A stretch of DNA of 64,000 bases. It comes from Laetmonice hystrix (Eukaryota). Positions 39,001-51,000 of this stretch are shown here, in pieces. Each line of letters opens with the position of its first letter. The first letter of the stretch is position 1. A program made the position numbers and the translations under genes. The notes under the pieces were generated by a model. That model searched no databases and was not told the DNA's origin. It worked only from the letters and a program-made list of their open reading frames with translations. The stretch is from NCBI GenBank assembly GCA_965235115.1, contig OZ249436.1:51834001-51898000 (forward strand). Direction: 5' to 3'.

Positions 39001-42000
39001 TCTTGCTCGCCAGTGTTTTCTTACTGAAACGCCCCCACCAGTCAACACCCCCTACCAGTCAAACCTCAAAGATTACGGAACCTGGACTTGCCAGCAAACC
39101 TTCTAAACAAAAAAGTCTCCTTTGCTCCCAAGTGTCCTCAATAGTATCTTGAGCATCCACCTTTTAAGGGACTGGAGACTCTTGCCAGCTTCAGTTTACA
39201 GCTGAACATCTCCGACACCGTTTTCTTTAGACCCTGTTGTCATAGCTCTGACTTTGATTTTGGCAATGTTGGAAATGCACAGGAAGTCTCAGTGGCAACA
39301 GTGGAATAGAAATGGCTTAGCCTTGTAAACTAATGTAGCAGCTTTCACTGTAGTTCCCAAAAGTTTTGACATAACGTACCCCTACCAGGTCCAGTGCTCT
39401 AGACCTTACATACAATTACCGACTTGATTAGTTTCATTCCGGCGGGCAAGTTACAGGGGACACGCGACACACTTTGGGGAACCACTGTGCTAAAATAACC
39501 GCGTCTGTCATATAACTAGGATACAAAATTACATAATCATCAAGATTTCTGAAGAACTGCAGAGAAAGTGTGGGAATTATGTCGTGCCTGTAAATCCAGC
39601 GGGACAGGGCCCACAGCGGGGGCCGGTCCTTGTCTCGGTACATTCCACCCCAGGATAGCAAGGTTTGTCGGAGCAGGACAGGGGCCTGCATCCGTCCACC
39701 GTCCCGTCACCTGAAGGAGACCGACACGTCAGCTCCTCTCTCTCCTCAAATCGCTTTGATCTATTCCTAAACAAGTTTCTTTGGAACTTTTCTTGGAGTT
39801 ATAATTCAGTTCCGCAAGTTCTTTGTTACAACGTCTCCTTTTCTTGATTCCAGAATAGGTATCCTGCTATTATTGAAATTTCCACGTTTTCCACACGTAT
39901 AATGATAGAATAAGAAAAGGTTTCCGTGCCTGTCAGACCGGGTGGACAGGACCCACAGCGGGGTCCATTCCTAGTCTCTGTACACTCTACGCCAGGGTAA
40001 CAAACGCCGTCCGAGCACTGCAGAGGACGACAACCTTCCTTGGTTCCATCCCCTGCCACAGGAAAGGGAAGCTTCATATTGCTGCCCTATACTTTATTTG
40101 GTAGACAGTCTAAAAACATGTCCTGACTAATGAAGAATAGATTAGTTTTACATTCTCTTGAAGAGAAGTCCTCGTTATATTACAAAAAGCAAGTGTATGC
40201 TTTTAATATTGTTATATTTCATCGAACCATATTCAGCATTCGAAGACTTACAGCCATAAGGATCTTAGACTGTCTATAATAAAGTAAGATAAGGGAAGTT
40301 CAGCTATGCCTGTCAGCCTTGGAGGGCAGGACCCACAGCGGGGACCAGTCCTGGTATCCTGGCACGGTACCCCCGGGTAACAAACTTGGTCAGCACAGGA
40401 CAGCCGACGGCAGCCGTTCTTGGTCCCGTCACCTATACAGTGACCGAGATAACTCAAGATCAGTCTGACTGTAGGATGGTCCTTCATCACAGTGACCCCT
40501 ACAATGACCCAATGACCCTTACAGGGCCGTACGCAGCTGGAGGTTATACCACGGGGGAGGACAGGGGTTCGAAGAGGCCGTTCTTTGGCATTCGCTCATC
40601 AAATCATAAGGGCATTTGCCATAAAGAACAGTTTCCCCCATTTCTTTGCCAATGTCATCTTCCTCCTATATCCCCAGCTATAGGTACGGCCCTGCTTTAG
40701 GGAATTTTGTATTATTATATTAGAAAAGAAACTCTATCGTTATCGTTTCTCATCGTTGGGTGGAGAAAAAGTGTATCTTATCCAAAGGTTCTGTATACGT
40801 GACTTGGGTTGATCAAGTTATAAGTTCTCAGCATATTTCTCTTTGGTGACAGTAGCATTATGTTACAATGTGTCACAACAAGACAAGAGGAGTAAGTGTA
40901 GTCCGTGCCTGTAAGTCCGGCGGGACAGGGCCCACAACGGGGCCCGGTACGTGTGTCTGTACACTCTACGCCGGGGTAGCAGGGTCGGTCGGAACATGAC
41001 AGAGGTCGACAACCTTCCTTGGTGCCATCACCTACACCATGAACGCATTATGGAAGAACGATCAAAAATCTACGACATCCTTATAATTATTTAGGTCGTT
41101 TTTTTTTAACAAGGAGAAGATAGGTTCGCTTTTAGATAGGATTGGACCTATATTCCCACGAAGTGCTTAGCTACTTCCTGACACCCTATGTATATTATAC
41201 AGCCTTGAACCGAATAATGTACCATCTAAGGTCAATGGGTGCATATATATAGGTAAAGGAATGAAGAATGTAAACGACGTTTTGTATGTAAAGTTGTAAA
41301 GATTGAAATGTTGCCGTGCCTGTAAGACCAGCCGGGCAGGACCCACAGCGTGGACCAGTCCTTGTGTCAGTACACTCTACACCAGGGTAACATGGTCGGT
41401 CAGCGCAGGACAGGGGCTGACAACCTTCCTTGGTACCATCACCTACACACAGCCATCAATCTCATCACCAAACCATGTAAGGTCGACCCCCCCCCCCTTT
41501 CTTTATCCAGCTAACAAAATCAGTTCCTTGGCCATTTTCTTTCTTCACACTAAGAATTAAGATAATCCGACCTCTTTTAACGGAGATATATTATTTAAAT
41601 AGGTCTAATATTATATTGCAAGTTGAAGAGGTGGAGTGGTGCATGCCTGTAAGGCCGGGCGGGCAGGAGCCACAGCGAGGGCCAGTCCGTGTGTCTGTAC
41701 ATTGTACTCCAGGGTAGCAGGGTCGATCAGAGCAGGAGACCGGACGACAGCCGTCCCGCGTCCCATCACCTACAGTCAGGGCAGGCAGCAGGTGGCAGCA
41801 CCGTCAGTCAACCACCACCTCGGCCGGCAGAGGGCACTTATAGCACCCCTTTCCGGGTCCGTATATATCGACTCAAAAAATTCCTAGGCCTAGAAATGTA
41901 CAGGGCTTGCATATGCCCGAACCACCTCAAATCTTGAAATATAGGCTAAAATCTGAAGAGAACAGTAATTGAGGAACAATCGGAATTCCCAGATATAGGG

Positions 42001-45000
42001 GCCTACAAATCTCTTATATGCCTATAACTCAATTAGCTAGGCATACTAAACATTTATGTCCCCTAACCGTGATGATCGTGTCTGAACATGGTGCACAAAC
42101 TGGTGGTACAGATTACACAATATCCTCCTGTAATCAGTAATATCTTGATAGTTATCAAACAGGTAAAAAGGGTTCAGTGCCTGTAAGTCCAGCGGGACAG
42201 GAGCCACAGCGCGGCCCAGACCGGGTTGTCTGGCACGCGACACCGGGGTAGCAAACGTTGTCTGAGCACGACAGAGGTCGACAACCATTCTTAGTACCGT
42301 CACCTATCGAACAACGGCACCGAAATCAAAACTACAGTCACCAGAGATTTAATTAGACTATCACTGCACCACTATTGCTGATTTATATAGTCAACCGCGC
42401 TTTAAAAACAACATATTGCTGCATGGATGTGATACTGTTTCATGAGTTATTATAGTCGATCCATCCCTTTATGGCTAAAGCTATTAATCGTACAGCAGAT
42501 ACATCGGCTATATGATGTATAGGCCTAATTACTATAGGCCAGCCTATACAAATAATATCCATCTTGCCATCTGTGCTCACGAGACAAGAATGGCCTATAT
42601 CTGGCACAGTTAGCCATCTCCAGTGTTTATACTATAGTGAGCTTGCTGTCCCTATAGACTATAGGCCTTAGATCCTCTATACAAATGTTTAAATCCCAGT
42701 ATTTCATGCCGCCCTGATGCCGGAAGAGACAAACAAATTAATACAACTTAGTTTCTTGAAATCAATCAATCAAACACATTATACAAGATCTACACGGCAT
42801 GCATGGGGTTGGGGAGATGGTGTAAGATGGGCCTGCCTGTCAGTCCAGCGGGACAGTCTCCACATCTCGGTCCGTTCGGCGAGTCGGTGCACTCCACGCC
42901 GGGGTAACAGACGCCGTCTGCGCATGACAGACGCTGACAACCCTCCTTAGTTCCGTCACCTATAGGGATACCGTCGGCAAGAACAGGTCAACAGGGGTCA
43001 AAATCGATGACGTCGTGAGAGAAGTGTGAAATCGCCACGGCCTTTTCCAGACTGAGCCGAGATTAATGATGGAAGGGGAAGGGGTTGGAATAAACGTGAA
43101 ATGTGGCATGCCTGTGAGACCGGCGGGGCAGGACCCACAGCGAGGTCCGGTCCGGGTATCTGTACACTCCACCCCAGGGTAGCAGACGTTGTCAGCACAC
43201 GACAAACGACGACAGCCTTCCCGCGTCCCGTCACCTACACGTCGGTATACATCAAAGAGAATCAATTTGTCTCTTATATTACATATAGGATTAATTTGGT
43301 CGAGGATAAGGGTGAAACGTTCGGATTAGTGGAGCACCGTTAGGCCTTACCTAATTAAACCATTTTGTATATGAGGAGACTGCACAATAAATATATGAAT
43401 AGCTGATATTTATGATGATGATAATCTATAGTAGCCTTTTACTGCTAGTCTGCATGTATAACATTCACCTTCGTAAAATGATTCGCCGACGAATGTGTGC
43501 AGTTAATATAGCCTATATACAACAGATCGCCAGATGCGAAAAATTAAAAAGAACACAAATGAAATAAAATGAAAGTGCATGCAGTTTGTAGGCCTAAGCT
43601 GAATGAATAGTGCCATGCCTGTCAAGCCAGTCGGACAAGAGCCGCAGCGAGGGCCCGTACTCGAGTCTGTGCACTCGACTCCTGGATAACAGACTCCATC
43701 CGAGCAAGACAAAGGTTTACAGCCGTCCTTTGTTCCATCACCTACAGAATATCAACCAATGCATGTCCAACCTTGGGCAAACTGTGAAATATCTACTGTA
43801 CAGTAGTACTCAGAAAATGGAACTGGAATGGCAATTATAATACACTATGGTTTTAGACAGGTATGTCAGGCCATGTAACGTCCGTCAGAATTAAAAAACC
43901 TATCCTATATTCCATTCACGTGAATTCTGCGGAGATGTGAGCTGTAAGAAATTGTCTGGTTAGTTTTATAGATCTATTGGGTATTTTTTACAAGAACAAT
44001 AATAACCAATCAGTCTAGCATTAATGGATGATTATTGGCATACAGGAATTATAGTTATTGCCCTGCCTGTAAGTCCGGCGGGACAGGGCCCACAACGGGG
44101 CCCACTCCGCCTGTCCTTGCACTCCACGCCCGGGTAGCAAGGTCCGTCCTTACATTTTAACCGCTGGCAACCCTCCTTGGTACCATCACCTGGACAGCAC
44201 AGGTCAACACCACAGCTAAGAAACGTCCAATTATGTTATACCTCATATATAAAATAGCCGGACAACATGGGAAAATGGTACAAAATAATTATATCTACAG
44301 GTTTCTTAAAACTAAAAGCACTTAACTATTGAAACATGTATGTACAGAACAGTGGATCAGCTACTAAGGTCCAAAATACAATCAAGGTTGACCTACAATA
44401 ATCAATGTTACTATGGAAAAGATCTCTTGCGTGAATGTTCGTGACTAATGTGGACTAACCTGCCGTTCACTCTTAACAGTGAACTCCTGATTCATTGCTA
44501 CATTTCTCTAAAACAAATTACTCCCAAAAATGATTACAGATCAGAATTCTGTCCTATCACTGTAAAAAGTCTTTAAATGGATGCCTAGCGCCCGTAAAGA
44601 GACGAGGGGCAAGACCAAGCGTCGCTCACACCTAGAAAAGAAACGGTTGGCATTAATGACGTCAGAGTGGTGACGTAGAAGAGGGAGCATGCGCCTTACC
44701 TGAGTATCGGGGCGGGCAGGGTCCACAGCGAGGCCCTCTACCTGTGTCTGTACAGGCGACTCCTGGGAAACACGGCTGATGCTCGCAGGTCCAGCGGTGG
44801 CACCCCTCTCTCGTCCCGTCCCCTGACAAACCAGCAATGACAAATTGGGTTCGAGATCGTCCTCTTTAAGGTATTATGATAGGCCTACATCCGTCAAGTC
44901 CGTCCCCATGCAATACAACGTCTTAACCAGTTAAGTTGGCATAATGACGTATATTGCATGACTGGAATGCGATCAGTGTTCTTACTCATCATCGAATGTA

Positions 45001-48000
45001 TCTGTAAAATGTTTACTTCTAGAAAAGCAATGGCTTTAAGATACACTTTCTTGAAAGGAACTGTGACACGTAGATCTACGTATATATTTTGTTACTTATT
45101 TCCGATTTAAATATCACAAATTAACACACAGGTAAAGAATGTTAAATTATTATTCTGTATGCCGTCGCTATTCTTCATATCGCAGTCTATGTGTTTGCTC
45201 GTGATTACTGCTGCTAGTTCTGCTGTTAGTATAGTTAAAGTGACACGACTGCAGTTAAAGTGTATCGTGAATGGACCTTGAAACAGTAGGTTATTGTCCT
45301 GCACCTGTGTATCCGGATGGACAGGCGCCGCAGCGCGCGCCTGACCCAGTGTCCTGGCAGTCGACCCCGGGGAAACACTGCATTTCATTACAGGTAATAT
45401 GACGACAACCTTCCCTCGATCCGTCACCTGTTCGGTAGGACGTCATGCACACCGTTAGACTCACAACTCTTGTTACAATATGACGGTGCCAAGGCCTTAA
45501 ATATCATGTGTCTCCAGTAACCCAATAACCTAACTAGGAAAATGGGTCACATTATATCAAAAGAATTCCCGAATAATCCTTAAAACCCACCAATTAGAGG
45601 GGCTGATCTAGGAGGTCGCGATAGATTGTTGCCAAGGGAGCCCAGCTCCCTGCATGATACCCCCTTGGAAGTTGGCACCAATTTCTTATCTAACTGTCGA
45701 CTATAGTTTTCGGAATTCACCTTGTTAGACTCTCCCCCTATTGCAGGCTTCCTCTCTTTAAGGCCCCTCCAAATCCTTTACACAATCTTGGCCCTGTTCT
45801 TCGAGAAGCCCATACTGGCATTCAGCTTTCTCTTTTCACCTTGTCACGGGAAACACATGATTTTATAGACCTATAGGCCTACAGAACAACTCAGCTCCCC
45901 TGGGATCGAGCACTTCGGGCCTACCTTAGGACTTGTAACTGTACACGTCGTACTCACTGATTAGACTTAGTAATTAATTAGTACGAAAGGAATTAACAAA
46001 TTAACACCATGATTGGAGAACTGAAGCAAACGAAGCAAGCTTCAATATTAGACAAGGTAAATATAATTAAGACCAAGTAACTGTGAAACTACACAAGAGG
46101 ATCATACGCGTGCGCCAATGCACGTGCAGACGTTAGTGATACCCTGCTGTAAGTGGGGTTTACTTTCATGAAATAATTCAGGAGCCCTGGGTCAATTATT
46201 CACAATCGAATATTCCCACCCATTCACAACAGAACGTATATGGCCATGAGTTGGCTTCACTGTGTCATTTTGATTTCACCCCTCCAGCCTGATGACACAT
46301 GTTTACAATTCAGGCGCGGATCCAGAGGGGGGGGGGGGTCCAGGGGGTCCGGACCTCCCCCTGCTTGGGTCCAACTTAGGTTTTTGTAATGTTATCGGGG
46401 AAGGGCCCCAGACCATTGCCCCATTCCCCGGCGGCTCGCATCTTCTGGACCCCCCCTGCAAAAATTTCTGGATCCGCGCCTGCAATTGCTTCAGATTCTG
46501 CTGTATTTTTGGAAAGTCTTAATTCTTAACCAATTCTGAACCAATTCTGAACCAATTCTCATAATTTTTGTTATCTTTCTTTCCGTCACAGATAAGGAAT
46601 TTCTGGGTATCATTTGCCCCCAACTAACACAAAGGACGTCTCTAACCAATACTATCGGACATATGAAGGACCACACATAATAGGTCTACAATAACCTGCC
46701 GGCCAATTCAGTATCAAAACAATGACACGTATTGTTATTTGTTCATAGTAAACATCATCATCAAGGTTACTATTTGTTATGAATTATAATCATTACATTA
46801 TGGCCTCACATAGGCCTACATGCACAACTAATGATATACAAAATGCCAAAAATAAATCATTCTTAGATCTACGCCCCTAGTAGTGATTCAAACCATTTAG
46901 AACATCAGTTAACTCGCCCTGGCTCCGTTGAGTTGGGCGTTGGGCGTTGGGCGTACACTGCCACTGTTACCTGTATATCCGGGCGGACAGCGGCCACAGC
47001 GCGGGCCGTTCGGAGTGTCCTGGCACTGGGCCCCAGGAAAACAAAACCCGTCGGCACACGTCGGTCTACGGCATCCACGTCTCGTCCCGTCACCTGGTGA
47101 GGGCAGGAGCGAACGCTGGCAACGGTTAGTAAGCCACACCAACAACCTGGTGGCGCTTAAAATGGGGTACCGGCCGAGCGCTTCTTCAATCGGCCATTTC
47201 CGTCAGTTTCCGTCATCGAAAAATAACGTCGAACCGGGAACAACGCCATTACAGCGTAGGGATACTAAAGAGAAGGCAAAGTAAATCGTCCTAACCGAGT
47301 GCACTCGACTGGAGCTTGAGGTCAGCAATCTACTTGTTTATACAGAATATAGAACGGATAGGTTGTAGCTATATTAGGACCTTTGGCCGGTTCGAGTCTC
47401 TTTTTTTCGATGGTCAGAAAATAACGAAAACGTTCTGAAACACTCAATGTTAACTTTGAAGCATTTAAATGGTTCAGTAGTAAATCAGCAGGGACAACTG
47501 TAACAATTCTAGGGCATTTAACCTGCCATGTCAACTCCAACATAACATGAGCCTTAGATAACCTATAGGTGGCAATTCAAACCTGTGGATTACAATTTAA
47601 CACCCAATCTTCATCTGACAAAGAAGAAAGCTTGAACAAAATGTAAATCGTTATTTGCTTTACATCATTAGTTCCACAGCTGAATGGCGTTTTCATTGGT
47701 ACCCCCCAAAAAAGGTCAAAGACGCTTCCCGTGAATGGTATGTGTCAATATTATGCTCAAAAGTAAGTCTTGAACATGAATTTATTGGATCAATAATTTT
47801 CGTGTTATGATCAGTTACCTTCAGGCCTAATCTCATTAAAAATTGAATCAAGAAGTATTGCGTCATTTTTATGAGAAAAAAAAAGAAAAGATTTTTTACG
47901 TATTTTACAGTATGCTTAACAGGCTGAGACAAACCACTCACAAAACTTTTATAACTCCCACTTTCTTATTATCTGATCTGAATAAGACTCATTGCATATC

Positions 48001-51000
48001 AAAGTCATTTTTCCTGCAAAGCGAAAACGTTATAGCCTGTTGCTTTTTAAAGAGAACAATGGAACGCAACAAAGAAACACAAATAAATTTGAGCTTTCGA
48101 ACAATATTGCATCTTCAGCTTCAAATGCCACTTTCACTGACCCTCAGTGTTCTTAATCATGTGACCGAGGAGGGTAAATGGTATTAACGTACGAAAGGTA
48201 AATTGTAGGCCTATTAACGTACGAAAGCTCAAATTACAAACCATTACCTTCATCCTGGGCGGAGATCAGCCCTTACCTCTGACCCTGGGACTAGTGGACT
48301 CTCAGTCTTACCTGTGAGTCCCGCTGGGCAGGCGCCACACCTATAGCCTTCCCTGGTGTCTTGGCAGGCCACTCCGGGGTAACAGGGCTGCCGTTCACAC
48401 CCGCTCCGGGGCCTACACCCGCCCCGGGTACCGTCACCGACGTAGCCGGCCGGACACCGTCCACACTGGTAGCCGCCGGCCGTGTCACGGCACTCCACTC
48501 CTGAGGGGGGGGGGGGGGGGACAAGAATTACATCACACGGGTTAAAGCAGGGGTTACATTGAGGCCCGACTCGGACCCTGGCCTACAAGGATAGTTAGTT
48601 TAACTGATTCGGCTATTCTGGCCCTTTTACCAGATTTCCCTTTGGACATCTCCATTTCTATAAAAATCATGGATTTGCTCCTACCCAAACGTGGTTTTGC
48701 GGAGCAAACCCCGCATGAGACCTATCTGAAAAACCTGGTAGGGTAGGCCTATTATATAATAGGTAGACCACAGAATCTGAAATAGCTATACAACCTCTAT
48801 AGCCTGGGATGTATTTCTTCTACTGAGGCCTATGCCAATTATAGATGCCAAATGTGTAGGAAATCATGTGTAGGAAATGGAAATCATGTTCAATAGGCTA
48901 CATGTCTTATCTTTTTCTCTTTTTTTTTCTCTTGGGATGTGAATTAGAAATAACGACACGTAATTGATTTTCTCTGTAAGGTATTTCATGACAATGTCAA
49001 TGACATTGTGTAGGCCTACATACCCTCAAAGCAAGGTTTGTCTGCGCACGTGGTTACGCGCACGCACTGGACGCCGTCTCCACGGTGACCGGCCGGACAT
49101 GGCCCGCAACGGTAGTTTCCGTCCCCACGGTCGACGCACTGTACGCCCCGGAAACATGGGTTCGGTTCGCACGGCGTCGGCGGGGCTGCTCACAACACGT
49201 CACACATACGTTACACAATACGTCATACAGTATGTCACACAATACGTCACACATGTCACACCATACGTCACATAATACGTCACACAACACGTCACACAAC
49301 ACGTCACACATACGTCACACAATACGTCACACAACAAGTCACACAACACGTCACACACACGTCACACAATACGTCACACAACACGTCACACATACGTCAC
49401 ACAATACGTTACACAATACGTCACACAATACGTTACACAATACGTCACACAATACGTCACAAAATAAACCAAAGTAGGCCTACATTTAGGGCCTATATGG
49501 CTATCCCTAGCGAATGCGCATTAGATTGAAGGGTTCCCTCCGGTGCATTTTTCTACATTATGACATCTATAAAAGGCCTTCATAAAAAAGGATACAGGCA
49601 TGTGCCAATGATAAATAATTGCATTAATTGGATTCCCAATTAGTGTATCGAGATGAGGAGATGGGATTCCTGTATGGACATATTGTGGAACACTGTCCTA
49701 ATTCAGGCGCTGTTTAAATATCATACAGGAGCCACTCTGTGCGTTTAGTGTGATCATGTATAGGCCCTACTTTGTAGTCTTAATTATTTGACCTCTCAAT
49801 CTTTAAAATCGACATTGTGTCGATTGTGTACTATCAATTGATTTAAAACCTTTTGGCCTCGTGCATAGCCCCTAGGCCCATCTAAGGCCTAATGGGGTGA
49901 TCAGAGCGACAGAATGTTGTGTGAACGTACAGATTCAAAAGTACAAATTAGAATTCTAGATAAACTTACAGGTACAAATGTTGCACCGCTGTATGTAAGA
50001 CCTCAACGCCTGCGTCTCCCGGGTCTGTAATTAAAGTAATTAATACGGTGATTTATTCATTTTAGGTGACCCATGGCTCACAGTCACCGACATTATTATA
50101 CCACACAAATGTATTACCTCTGATCTGCAATCAATTCTGTAAGATCCTACACAAAATGTTTTAATACCTCTTTTACCATATTCATCTTTCATTATTTTTA
50201 GGCCTGCAAAATATAAATAAAAAGTCCTTTACCTGAATCTGGACGTTCTGTTGAACCATTTTCAATTCACGATTGAGATCCCGAACCAAGCTTATCAGTT
50301 CTTGGTCTGACGGGTGTAGAAAGGAGAAATGAATTGACACCTGGTACTTTCCAGTACTCAGGAGGCACTGCCCCCCCCCCCCGCCCATGTACTTGGGCCA
50401 GACTACGGTTCCGCTGCAAGATGTTTAGGTCCCTAATATTTTTTTTTTATTTGAAGTTGGAAAATAGATTTATAGTGATATTTACAAGCGCACAATGCAC
50501 AAGTGAATTGATATTGAGCTCTATGGATCCGCAATAGGTGACATGAGGGGGACGTTTTTAATTATAGCATAGGGAGTTTATCGCCCTTTGGTTTTGATAT
50601 AAACTACGTGAGCATCCAGCTGAGCGTTCACTTACTCGCCGCTGCATCCGACTGAGTCCGTGGTTCGTCTGCCGACATGGGCGCCACCTGGTGGGTATTG
50701 GGTTCACATCCGACCATTTTCAGAACTGTACCCGTGTCTAACTCCCGGTAAACCCGGATACCGTCGTGTAGCGTCTGCGGAGAGCATGGAAGGATTTGAA
50801 AGTAGGCCTACTTTAGTTTTAGATTTAATTTTAGGTAGTGAAACTACTGTGTGCTTTACGTGAAAAAAAGTAATTTATACCTCAAGTAAGCCCCCTAGGC
50901 CCCCGTATAAGATATTGCACTAAAAAGGCCGAAAAAGGCCGAAAACGGATATAAGCATTTGGGCCTATACTTTGAAAAATGTGTTTGGAATGCAATTATC

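Noticed and set aside
37316..44189. GC-ended exons as pseudo-exons with dead donors
   Set aside because: All 13 keep exact length, an open frame, six cysteines and AG acceptors despite diverged introns, which points to purifying selection; not formally excluded without RNA data.
29822..47093. Regularly spaced conserved 123-nt units with unique spacers as a CRISPR-like array or dispersed non-coding repeat
   Set aside because: The units are protein-coding exons with splice sites, synonymous variation and conserved cysteines; the spacers are introns.
49085..49477. His/Thr-rich plus-strand ORF
   Set aside because: Translation of the 12-bp simple repeat and the antisense strand of exon 7.
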